From assembly GCA_037381445.1 (NCBI GenBank), contig JARRQT010000237.1:1-10371 (forward strand): DNA of 10,371 bases, given 5' to 3'. The notes under the pieces were generated by a model that saw only the letters and a list, made by a program, of their open reading frames with translations, was not told the DNA's origin and did no database searches. Shown one piece after another: positions 1-8,330 of the stretch. The stretch is from Calditrichia bacterium (lineage in GTDB: Bacteria; Calditrichota; Calditrichia; RBG-13-44-9). Each line of letters opens with the position of its first letter. Within the stretch, counting starts at the first letter, position 1. A program made the translations under genes and the position numbers.

Positions 1-426
1 CTTCCCACGGAAGTGGCCGCTTACGCGGAAAGGGGGGGTGACGGCCGCTTCTGTGGCAAGGGGCACAAACAGCGGAATTACAAATAAGCGGTCAAATGGA
101 AAATGAATTTCCTCAAAAAGTGGAATTTTCACATGGTGATGCCTTTGGCAAAAATTCTCCTCTTTTTATTTCTCTGCCGACACTTTGCATTTCTCTCCTG
201 ATACTTTCCGTTACACGGCCGTCACTTTCCATTGCAGGACCGCCATTCTCTTTCGCCGGTGAGGCGCGCAGGAACAGGAAAAGTTATTCCCTCAGCCGCC
301 GGAGCCTTCCCGCTTTCTGCCGACCGCAGCATGCCTCAAAAATGAAAAGTCCGGAAACAATGCCGCCCCGTGAATGTAGAAAGGCTTTGTATTTACCGGA
401 TATTCGCCGGGAATTTGAGATTTAGC

Positions 427-456
427 TTGACTTGCGGCTTTATATTTGCGTATTTC
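427..456 (+). promoter_or_regulatory. Possible sigma70-type promoter for typA
   Basis: TTGACT at 427-432 is followed 18 nt later by TATTTC (451-456), about 35 nt before the start codon. The AT-rich TATATT at 441-446 lies in between. The -10 match is weak. Confidence 0.3.
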
Positions 457-491
457 CGCCGCATTTTTTTGAACGATAAACCGGAGATGAC

Positions 492-2333
492 GTGAAAGAG
501 ATTCGAAATATAGCGATTATCGCCCATGTGGACCACGGCAAGACCACCCTGGTGGACCAGCTCCTGAAACAGGGCCACATTTTCCGCCAGAACCAGGCGG
601 TGCAGGAACGCTTCCTGGATTCCAACGATCTGGAACGGGAAAGGGGCATTACCATATTATCCAAGAATATCAGCATTCCCTATAAAGATGTGAAAATCAA
701 TCTGATTGACACCCCCGGCCACGCCGACTTTGGCGGCGAGGTGGAACGGGTGCTCAAGATGGCGGACGGCGTGCTGCTGCTGGTGGACGCCTTCGAAGGC
801 CCCATGCCGCAGACCCGCTTCGTGCTGGAAAAAGCGCTCCATTTGCGCCTGACGCCCATCGTGGTGATCAACAAGGTGGACCGGCCCGATAAGCGTCCCG
901 AGGAGGTGCTCAACGAAATTTACGATCTGTTCATTGAACTGGAGGCCGACGACGATCAGCTTGAATTCCCGGTGATCTACGCCAGCAGCCGCGAGGGCTG
1001 GGCGGTAACGGACTTGGAGGAGCAGGGCGAGAACCTGATCCCCCTGCTGGACGCCATCCTGGAGCACATTCCTGCGCCGGAGGTGCTTCCCGGGCCGGCG
1101 CAGATGCAGGTCACCAGCCTGGATTACAACGACTACGTGGGCCGCATCGGCATCGGGCGGGTGTACCGCGGCAGCATCAATGCAGCGGAACCGCTCAGCA
1201 TCATCAAGCGCGACGGTTCGGTGCAGCCGGTGTCCCTCAAACAGCTCCTGGTTTTTGAGGGCCTGGGACGGCAGGAAGTGAAGGAAGTCCCCTGCGGCGA
1301 CATCTGCGCCATCGTGGGCGTGGAGGGAATCAACATCGGCGACACCATCACCGACCCAGAACTCCCAGAGCCGATGCCGCTGATCTCCATCGACGAACCG
1401 ACCATCAGCATGACTTTTACGGTGAACAATTCCCCTTTTTACGGCAGGGAAGGGAAATATGTCACCTCCCGGCAGCTCCGCGACCGCCTGTTCAAGGAGC
1501 TGCAGCATAATGTGGCCCTGCGGGTACAGGAAACCGGGTCCCCGGATTCCTTCAAGATATCGGGCCGCGGTATCCTGCATCTCTCGGTGCTCATCGAGAG
1601 CATGCGCCGCGAAGGCTACGAACTGCAGGTGGGCCAGCCCAAGGTGATTTATAAGGAAATCGACGGCCGGAAAGCCGAACCCATCGAGATTTTGATTGTG
1701 GACGTGCCGGCCGACTACGCCGGGCGGGTGATCGAGATTGCCGGGCAGCGCCGCGGCGAAATGGTGAAGATGGAGCCCAAGGGCAACCTGCATCACCTGG
1801 AATTTCATATTCCCTCCCGCGGACTGATGGGCCTGCGCAACAAGATACTGACCGCCACTTCCGGCGAGGCGGTGATGCACCACCAGTTCTACCAGTACGA
1901 ATTCTTCAAGGGTTCTATCACCCAGCGGCAGACCGGCGTCATGATCTCCATGGCGGAAGGCCCCGCCACCGGTTACGCCATCAACGCCCTGCAGGACCGC
2001 GGGCGCTTCTTCATTGAGCCGGGCGATCCCATTTACCGCGGCCAGGTGGTGGGCGAGCAGAATAAGGAGAACGACATCGAGGTGAATGTGCAGCGCGAGA
2101 AAAAACTGACCAACATGCGCGCCGCCGGCAGCGACAAGGCCATCCGCCTTACCCCGGCCACCAAATTCACCCTGGAAGAGGCGCTGGAGTTTATCAATGA
2201 CGATGAAATGGTGGAAGTGACGCCCAAGTCCATCCGCCTGCGCAAACTGTACCTGGATCCCAATGAACGGAAACGGTTCAATCTGAAGAAGATGGCGCCC
2301 CAGCCGGAGACTGTTGCAAGCGGCGCAGAATAG
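492..2333 (+). CDS. typA: Translational GTPase TypA/BipA (613 aa)
   Basis: GTG start with GGAG at 483-486. Motifs: [19 protein letters not shown] (G1), [17 protein letters not shown] (G2), [14 protein letters not shown] (G3), NKVD (G4), [20 protein letters not shown], and the BipA C-terminal [12 protein letters not shown]...[11 protein letters not shown]. Length is typical for the family. Confidence 0.98.
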   Translation: MKEIRNIAIIAHVDHGKTTLVDQLLKQGHIFRQNQAVQERFLDSNDLERERGITILSKNISIPYKDVKINLIDTPGHADFGGEVERVLKMADGVLLLVDAFEGPMPQTRFVLEKALHLRLTPIVVINKVDRPDKRPEEVLNEIYDLFIELEADDDQLEFPVIYASSREGWAVTDLEEQGENLIPLLDAILEHIPAPEVLPGPAQMQVTSLDYNDYVGRIGIGRVYRGSINAAEPLSIIKRDGSVQPVSLKQLLVFEGLGRQEVKEVPCGDICAIVGVEGINIGDTITDPELPEPMPLISIDEPTISMTFTVNNSPFYGREGKYVTSRQLRDRLFKELQHNVALRVQETGSPDSFKISGRGILHLSVLIESMRREGYELQVGQPKVIYKEIDGRKAEPIEILIVDVPADYAGRVIEIAGQRRGEMVKMEPKGNLHHLEFHIPSRGLMGLRNKILTATSGEAVMHHQFYQYEFFKGSITQRQTGVMISMAEGPATGYAINALQDRGRFFIEPGDPIYRGQVVGEQNKENDIEVNVQREKKLTNMRAAGSDKAIRLTPATKFTLEEALEFINDDEMVEVTPKSIRLRKLYLDPNERKRFNLKKMAPQPETVASGAE

Positions 2334-2400
2334 ACGGCCCGACAGGTTATTTGGGAAATAATTGATTATTGGACCTAAGGATGCTCTGTCCCGGGTGTAA

Positions 2401-2532
2401 TCATCCCAAAAAGATTTTGTTATTGGATTCCCGCTTTCGTCACGTAAGCGGGCCCGTGCGCCGGGGATGACGTTCCGCAATTGAAAATCAGATCACCGGA
2501 TTGTGCAGCTATTCCCATGCCTTCATCCCCGG
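2401..2532. repeat. Palindromic REP-like element or hairpin cluster between convergent genes; possible terminator
   Basis: Stem CCCGCTT (2430-2436)/AAGCGGG (2446-2452). TCATCCC (2401-2407) pairs with GGGATGA (2464-2470). CCGGGGATGA (2461-2470) is also a perfect inverted repeat of TCATCCCCGG (2523-2532). The flanks GGATTCCCGCTTTCG...CGGGGATGACG resemble widespread small palindromic intergenic repeats. Confidence 0.5.
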
Positions 2533-2551
2533 AAAGCGCTGCATTCACGTT

Positions 2552-3550
2552 TTATCCCGAAATATAATCCTCCCGCTTCACAATGCCTTTTAAGGATGCG
2601 CCTTTCAGATAGCGGCTGACATTTTCCGCCGCCTGCCGCACGGCGCCGGCGATGGCGTCCGGCACGATGGCCGAATTGTGGGGAGAACCGATCACATTGG
2701 GCAGATCCAGGAAGGGATAATCCAGACGGAACTCGCCTTCACTGAACGGCTCCACCCACCAGGCGTCGATACCCGCCAGAAAATCGCGATGCGTTTTCAG
2801 GTGCTCGTACAGCGCTTTCTCATCAATAATATGTCCCCGGGCCACATTCACCAGAATGGCATCGGGTTTCATCCGCTGCAGCGCCTCCCGGTCAATCAGG
2901 CCGCGGGTATGCCGGTTCAGGGGAAGAGAAATGACCAGCACATCAGCGCTTTCCAGAATTTTATGCAGGTCCTCCATGGTGCCGATGAACTCCACCGCTT
3001 CACCGGTTTCCCCGCTGCGGTTCATGGCATAAATCTTCATGTCCAGTCCCCGCATCAGCCGCGCGGAAGCGCGTCCGATCCCTCCAAAACCCAGGATGCC
3101 GCAGACTTTTCCTTTCAACGCGCGGGTCGGGTTCCGCTGATCGAAATCGCCTTGCTTGAGCTTCATATGCTCGGGAAGCAGGCGCTTGGCGAGGGCCAGC
3201 GTCATGGCCAGTACATGTTCGGCCATCTGCCCCGCGAAAGCGCCCACATTGGAAGCCACCGTGATCTGCGGCGGAAGCTGCGCGAAAGGAACATGGTCCG
3301 CCCCGGCCGAAATCAGCTGGATCAGCAGATTGTCCTTTTTCAGAAGACTGTATTCCCCGGCGCGGAGCTCATGGGGAAAATTCCAGGAAAACAGGACATC
3401 CGCACCGGAGACCGCCTCCCGGCGGCCCTCTTCCGGGACATCGTTCAGGAAGACAATCTCCGCGGCGTCACCCCACAATTTCTGCAGGAGCAGGCGGCCT
3501 TCCTGTTGGGGATCGAAGGTGACCAGTATCTGTTTTTTATGGCTGTTCAT
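2552..3550 (-). CDS. D-isomer-specific 2-hydroxyacid dehydrogenase (332 aa), substrate unknown, possibly NADP(H)-preferring
   Basis: Start revised from 3670 to the ATG at 3550 (MNSHKKQILVTF), which is preceded by GGGAGG and avoids overlap with the OYE gene. Rossmann motif GILGFGGIG, SAGADHV, LVNVARG (catalytic Arg), GIDAWWVEP (Glu), SPHNSA (His). NRS rather than Asp at the end of Rossmann beta-2 suggests NADP. Confidence 0.93.
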   Translation of the reverse strand: MNSHKKQILVTFDPQQEGRLLLQKLWGDAAEIVFLNDVPEEGRREAVSGADVLFSWNFPHELRAGEYSLLKKDNLLIQLISAGADHVPFAQLPPQITVASNVGAFAGQMAEHVLAMTLALAKRLLPEHMKLKQGDFDQRNPTRALKGKVCGILGFGGIGRASARLMRGLDMKIYAMNRSGETGEAVEFIGTMEDLHKILESADVLVISLPLNRHTRGLIDREALQRMKPDAILVNVARGHIIDEKALYEHLKTHRDFLAGIDAWWVEPFSEGEFRLDYPFLDLPNVIGSPHNSAIVPDAIAGAVRQAAENVSRYLKGASLKGIVKREDYISG

Positions 3551-3594
3551 AATTCCTCCCTTTTCTCCGTTTTGATTTTCGGTGAACAAGCGAT

Positions 3595-4659
3595 TCAGAT
3601 CCTGGCCCGTTTGTACTGGTTGGGCCAACGGACATCGTCGCCCAGCTCCCGGGCGGCATGCAGCGGCCAATAGGGATGCCGCAGGTACTCCCGGGCCAGC
3701 AGCACCGCATCGGCCTGCCCGCTGAGCAGAATGTGCTCCGCCTGCACCGGTTCGGTGATCATCCCAACCGCCCCGGTCAGTATTCCGGTTTCCCGCCTGA
3801 TCTCCGCCGCGAAACGCGTCTGGTATCCCGGCCCGGTGATGAATTTCTGGAACGGCACCAGTCCCCCGCTGGAGCAGTCAATCAGATCGATGCCGGCCTC
3901 TTCCAGCATGGCAGCGAAACGGATGGACTGCGGCAGATCCCAGCCGCCCGGCGCCCAGTCCGTAGCGGAAATGCGCACGAAGACCGGCAGATGGGCGGGC
4001 CACACTTTCCTGACCGTCTGGGCAACCCAGGCAGGGAGCCGCACCCGGTTTTTGAATTTGCCGCCGAAATCATCCGTGCGGTTATTGCTGAGCGGGGAAA
4101 GGAACTGGTGCAGCAGGTAACCGTGCGCCATGTGGATTTCCACCATCTCGAATCCCGCCTTCAGGCTGAGACCGGCAGCGATTTCAAACTGGTTCACTAT
4201 GGCCTCCATGTCCACCAGGTTCAGTTCGCGGGGCAACGGATAGCCCTCATTGTAGGGCAGCGGACTTGGGGCCAGCGGCTGCCAGCCTCCCTCGCTTTCC
4301 GGCACCGGTCCGCCGCCTTCCCAGGGCGCCCTCGTGGAGGCCTTCCTCCCGGCATGGGCGAGCTGAATTCCGGGAATACTGCCCTGCGCTTTTATAAATT
4401 CGGTGATGGGCCGGAAAGCTTCGGCATGTTCATCGGACCAGATGCCGATATCCTGCGGGGAGATGCGCCCTTCCGGCGACACGGCGGTCGCTTCAGTCAT
4501 CACCAGCCCGGCGCCGCCCACCGCCCGGCTTCCCAGGTGCACCAGGTGCCAGTTGTTGGGCAGTCCGTCCGCGGCGGAATACTGGCACATGGGCGAAACA
4601 AAAATGCGGTTTTTGAATTCAAGGTCCCTGATTCGCAGGGGCGTAAACAATAGGCTCAT
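3595..4659 (-). CDS. namA: NADH:flavin oxidoreductase / Old Yellow Enzyme, YqjM/NamA (thermophilic-like) subclass (354 aa)
   Basis: KNRIFVSPMCQYSA carries the Cys/Tyr signature of YqjM-type OYEs. Also HLGSRAVGGAGL, EATAVSPEGRI, GIQLAHAGRKAS, EIHMAHGYLLHQFLSPLSN (HxxHxY catalytic set), GPGYQ and the C-terminal WPNQYKRA arginine-finger region. AAGGA lies upstream of the ATG. Confidence 0.93.
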   Translation of the reverse strand: MSLLFTPLRIRDLEFKNRIFVSPMCQYSAADGLPNNWHLVHLGSRAVGGAGLVMTEATAVSPEGRISPQDIGIWSDEHAEAFRPITEFIKAQGSIPGIQLAHAGRKASTRAPWEGGGPVPESEGGWQPLAPSPLPYNEGYPLPRELNLVDMEAIVNQFEIAAGLSLKAGFEMVEIHMAHGYLLHQFLSPLSNNRTDDFGGKFKNRVRLPAWVAQTVRKVWPAHLPVFVRISATDWAPGGWDLPQSIRFAAMLEEAGIDLIDCSSGGLVPFQKFITGPGYQTRFAAEIRRETGILTGAVGMITEPVQAEHILLSGQADAVLLAREYLRHPYWPLHAARELGDDVRWPNQYKRARI

Positions 4660-4975
4660 ATAACATCCTTTTTTTATGACAGCACTGATTTTGTAATCCG
4701 TTTACTCAGTAACCGCGCATCTGGTTTCATTTGCGGATTCCGGGAAGCTTTTATGGGAAACATCGGTTTGAATAGGAAGGAATGCCAACGGGGATTATAT
4801 TCAGCCGGCAATATTCTGTATTTTGAATGCGGGTGTGCTGCTGAACAGGTCTGGATACCTTGAACTGCGATTATTTTTACTCGCGGGAAAGGTGCAATTT
4901 GGCACTGACCGGTAATGGATGGAAATTAAAGATTGCAGTGTAATGGAGGACCAGCCGCGAAAATTTGCAGAAAAA

Positions 4976-6023
4976 TTATTTCAGTACCTCGCTCACCCAG
5001 TCCAGCGAAGCAAGGTATATCTCCGGCAGCTTTTTTTCATCAATATTCAGCTTCGCCGCCAGTTTGGAAACCTCCCGCCACTGCCCAGCCTCGTAGGTCA
5101 GGGTCAGATCATAAGCCGGCGTGTAGGGACTTTCATTTGGCGCGCAGCAGGGCATTTTTTACCAGCTCCTCGGGTTTTTCCTTGCCCATGTCGCTGAGGG
5201 CGATCAGCGCCACCCACTTCTTGACCTCCCGCATTCCCAGCAGCACCAATGCCTGTTTAATCGATTTTATTTCCCTCATAATGCCGAAGGCGGCCGAATT
5301 GATGAGGCGAAGCAGTTTATAGGTCAGCGAGACATCCCGCTTGATGATCTCTTCCATCTTATCGAAATCAATTTCCGGCTGGTGAATTTCTTTCAGCATC
5401 TGGAGGTAGGTCAGTTTATAACCGGGAATATCCCGTCCCGAAATGACAAACGGTTTGCGGAAGAAGTTGCCCTGAAAATAATCGTAGCCCAGCTCGACGG
5501 CCTCCTTGAATTCCTCTTCCGATTCCACATTCATCATCAGGCTTTTGATGTTCTTGGATTTCAGCCGTTCCACCACCGATTTTTTCATATCAGAACCGGT
5601 TTTGCCGGAATCGACTTTCACCATATCTGCAAACTGGAGGAACGGCATCTGGGAAAATTGAAAATTGAAATCATCCAGCACCATCAGATAACCGCTGTCT
5701 TTGAACTTCTGACAGGCAGCCAGCACTTTTTCATCCGGAGTAATGTTGTCGGAAAGCTCAATGGCAATCAGGTCCTTGTCAAGCAGGGTGACAATTTCGT
5801 TGACTATGAGATTCTGGCTGAAGCGGATGAACGCTTTTTTCCCGCCGGTCAGACTTTCCGTATTGACCAGCAAAAAGCTTTTGGTAATTACTTTTGAGGC
5901 GAACTGGTCCTCTTTCGTGTCCATGGGGATAAGGTTTTCAAAACCGTCATAGGAAAATAATTCGTATCCTATCACTTTCATTTTGGAGTCGAATATCGGC
6001 TGCCGGGCCAGAAAATATTCCAT
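4976..6023 (-). pseudogene. EAL + modified HD-GYP (HDOD) domain protein, YuxH/PdeH-like, disrupted by an internal deletion and frameshift
   Basis: ATG at 6023 with AGGAG at 6038-6034. MEYFLARQPIFD...LDDF...YFQGNFF is the EAL-like domain. IIKRDVSLTYKLLRLINSAAFG...IKSIKQALVLLG is the HDOD. The frame stops at TGA 5135-5133 right after ALLRAK (296 aa). A different frame, 5137-4976, encodes NESPYTPAYDLTLTYEAGQWREVSKLAAKLNIDEKKLPEIYLASLDWVSEVLK*, which is the typical C-terminus of this family. Confidence 0.88.
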
Positions 6024-6203
6024 AAATGAGATTCTCCTGTTTGATGTTGTTATCATCGGCAGGATTTTTTTGAACAAAAGGCAGAAAAATAATTTATTTA
6101 AATTTTTCAGAAGGTTTTCCGGGAAGCAGGAGGCTCCTCTTCCCCTCACTGGTGACGAACCGGGAGAGGGCCTGAATCAATTCAATTTCTTCAGGATGAT
6201 ACC

Positions 6204-7031
6204 TCAAAGCTTTGCGCCGCAGTATTTGCAGAACCTGGCGTCTGCATCATGGCCTTCCGCCGAGCATTCGGGACAGGACTGGGTGCTCACCTTTCTGCCC
6301 ACTGCGCGCGAGATTTCCACCGAGACAATGCCGGTGGGCACCGCAATGATGCTGTAGCCCATTATCATGATAATGGCCGCCAGTGTCTGTCCCAGCGCCG
6401 TATTGGGTGATAAATCCCCGTATCCCACCGTGGTCAGGGTGACGATGGCCCAGTAAATACTGCGGGGAATACTGGTAAATCCGTTAGCCTCGCCTTCAAT
6501 CACATAAATGACGGAGCCCATGATGACTACCAGCGTCAATACGGTGAAGAGAAAAACGGTGATTTTACGGCGGCTGGCCCGCAGCGCCTGCACCAGCAGC
6601 TTGGCCTCATTCAGGTACTGCACCAGCTTCAATACCCGGAAAATCCGCAGAACGCGCAGCACGCGGATCACCAGCAGATAACGGCTGGCCGGGAACAGCA
6701 GGCTCAGGTAGGTGGGGACTACTGCCAGCAGGTCTACAATGCCGTAAAAACTCATGGCATATTTCAGCGGCCTGCCCACCGACACCAGGCGCAGCAGATA
6801 CTCAATGGAAAAGAGAATGGTAAAAAACCATTCGGCCAGATATAAAGTGCGGCCATATTCGGCACGGATGACTCCCACGCTGTCCAGCATCACCGAAACC
6901 ACGCTGAGCAGGATACTGGCAATTAAAATAATATCGAAGAGTCTGCCCGGAGCGGTATCGGCCTCGAAAATAATTTCGTGAAGTTTGCTACGCCAATTCA
7001 CACGGCCGTCAATGGTCTTAATTCTTTCCAT
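6204..7031 (-). CDS. Voltage-gated potassium channel / ion transporter (6TM, 275 aa) with C-terminal zinc-ribbon-like tail
   Basis: Six hydrophobic segments. S4 sensor RVLRVLRIFRVLKL. Pore helix and selectivity filter SIYWAIVTLTTVGYGD. S6 GYSIIAVPTGIV. C-terminal CPEC...HDADARFCKYCG. Confidence 0.96.
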   Translation of the reverse strand: MERIKTIDGRVNWRSKLHEIIFEADTAPGRLFDIILIASILLSVVSVMLDSVGVIRAEYGRTLYLAEWFFTILFSIEYLLRLVSVGRPLKYAMSFYGIVDLLAVVPTYLSLLFPASRYLLVIRVLRVLRIFRVLKLVQYLNEAKLLVQALRASRRKITVFLFTVLTLVVIMGSVIYVIEGEANGFTSIPRSIYWAIVTLTTVGYGDLSPNTALGQTLAAIIMIMGYSIIAVPTGIVSVEISRAVGRKVSTQSCPECSAEGHDADARFCKYCGAKL

Positions 7032-7043
7032 ATTTGTCCGCAG

Positions 7044-8330
7044 TTATTTTTTATTTTCGGAAGTGATTTGCTGCAGCATCCCGAGCAGTCTATCAATCTC
7101 TTCGGTGGTATTATAATGGACTGCCCCGACTCTGACCATACCCTCGTCCTCCTGCAGACCCAGCTTTTTAATCACTTCCAGCGCGTAATAGTGGCCGTCC
7201 CAAACATAGATGTTTTGCTGACCAAGTTTTTTAGCAATGAGAGAAGGCGTCATGCCGTCCACGGTGAAGGAAACGGTGGGCACGCGGTCATTCAACTGTG
7301 CGGCATCCGTAATGCCGTGCACCGTAACGCCCGGAATGGCCTGCAGGCCCTGGATCAGTTTCCGACTCAGGATCAGTTCATAATCCTTGATGGCCGCCAG
7401 GGCGGCATGCAGCAGTTGACGGCGGCTATTGGGGAATTTGAAACGCTGATGGTATTCCTGCGCCATGGTTTTTCCAATCCAGGCCAGGTAATCCAGCGCG
7501 CCCAGCGTGCCGGCCTGCCCTTCATGGGACTGGGTGCCGGTCTCGAATTTCCCCGGGGGAACATCATCCGCCGGACGCACCTTATAGGCGGGCAGTTTCT
7601 CCAGCAGCTCCGGTTTTCCCCACAGGACGCCCTGATGGGGACCAAAAAATTTATAAGCGGAGCACACCAGAAAATCGCATCCCAGCGCCTGCACATCGGT
7701 GGGACCATGGGGCACATACTGGACGGCATCCACATAAGTCAGACTACCGTTCACCCTGGCCAGTTTCGAAATGGCCGCAATATCGTTGATGGTCCCGATG
7801 GCGTTGCTGGCATAATTAACCGCCATCAGCCGCACCTTATCGGACAGCAGCCCCGGGAGCTGCTGCAGATCATAGCGGCAGGTTTCTGGATCAAAGTCCA
7901 GCCATTTCACTTTTATATTCAGGTCCCGGGCCATGAGCAGCCAGGGCATAACATTCCCGTCATGGTCCATCCTGGTCAGAATAATCTCGTCACCCGGCTT
8001 GAACCAGTGGGCCAGCGAGCGGGAAATCGCGAAGGTCAGACTGGTCATATTTGGCCCGAAAATGATTTCCTTTCCCGAACCGGCATTGAGCAGATCGGCC
8101 ATGGCCTCATGCGCCTCCTGCAGAATACCATCGGACAATTGGGATGTGCGGAAATGCCCGCCGTGATTGGCGTTGGTGCGGATCAGATAGTGCTGCATGC
8201 GAATGAGCACCTGGTTGGGCACCTGTGTCCCGCCGGGATTGTCAAAATAAAGCCGCGGTTTTCCGTCATCCTGGAGGGCCAGGGCCGGAAATTGCTGGCG
8301 GATAAGTATCTGGTTCGCTGCAGCGTTATT
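7044..8330 (-). CDS. Cysteine desulfurase-like class V PLP-dependent enzyme (VC1184-type subfamily); start codon not identifiable
   Basis: The frame is open from 8330 to the TAA at 7046-7044. The 36 codons upstream of the ORF-track GTG (8222) encode the conserved N-terminus IRQQFPAL...LYFDNPGGTQV. Further motifs: FGPNMTSL, TRMDHDGNVMPW, ASNAIGT, DAVQYVPH, CSAYKFFGPH (PLP Lys), FETGTQSHEG, VRVGAVHYNT. VWDGHYYA replaces the RxGHHCA Cys motif. Confidence 0.9.
   Translation of the reverse strand, partial: NNAAANQILIRQQFPALALQDDGKPRLYFDNPGGTQVPNQVLIRMQHYLIRTNANHGGHFRTSQLSDGILQEAHEAMADLLNAGSGKEIIFGPNMTSLTFAISRSLAHWFKPGDEIILTRMDHDGNVMPWLLMARDLNIKVKWLDFDPETCRYDLQQLPGLLSDKVRLMAVNYASNAIGTINDIAAISKLARVNGSLTYVDAVQYVPHGPTDVQALGCDFLVCSAYKFFGPHQGVLWGKPELLEKLPAYKVRPADDVPPGKFETGTQSHEGQAGTLGALDYLAWIGKTMAQEYHQRFKFPNSRRQLLHAALAAIKDYELILSRKLIQGLQAIPGVTVHGITDAAQLNDRVPTVSFTVDGMTPSLIAKKLGQQNIYVWDGHYYALEVIKKLGLQEDEGMVRVGAVHYNTTEEIDRLLGMLQQITSENKK

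Noticed and set aside
1..87. Open + frame LPTEVAAY...QRNYK* as the possible 3' end of an upstream gene
   Set aside because: Only 28 codons with no recognisable motif; it cannot be supported without the left flank.
175..190. TGCCGACACTTTGCAT as a sigma54 promoter
   Set aside because: The -12 TTGC is present but the invariant -24 GG is missing.
96..425. 109-aa + strand ORF upstream of typA
   Set aside because: No RBS, Ser/Pro/Arg-rich composition, codon usage unlike the real genes and no motif.
657..2480. 607-aa antisense ORF opposite typA
   Set aside because: It is a shadow frame of a GC3-rich gene, has no recognisable domain and fully overlaps a clearly real gene.
3551..3670. N-terminal extension of the dehydrogenase given in the ORF track
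   Set aside because: It overlaps the OYE 3' end and is not domain-like. The ATG at 3550 has a strong GGGAGG RBS.
2678..4653. Two 331-aa + strand ORFs (2678-3673 and 3658-4653)
   Set aside because: They are antisense shadows of the dehydrogenase and OYE genes and have no motifs.
4660..4975. Riboswitch or ncRNA in the 316-nt region upstream of namA
   Set aside because: I recognised no FMN, c-di-GMP or other aptamer motif by eye. An Infernal/Rfam scan would be needed to exclude one.
6024..6149. N-terminal extension of the EAL-HDOD ORF in the ORF track
   Set aside because: It is AT-rich intergenic sequence. The family begins at MxxFxARQPI, and the ATG at 6023 has AGGAG.
6127..6174. GC-rich imperfect inverted repeat downstream of the K+ channel as an intrinsic terminator
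   Set aside because: The stem is bulged (CCTCTTCCC/GGGAGAGG) with a long loop and no adjacent U-tract on the - strand, so it is too weak to call.
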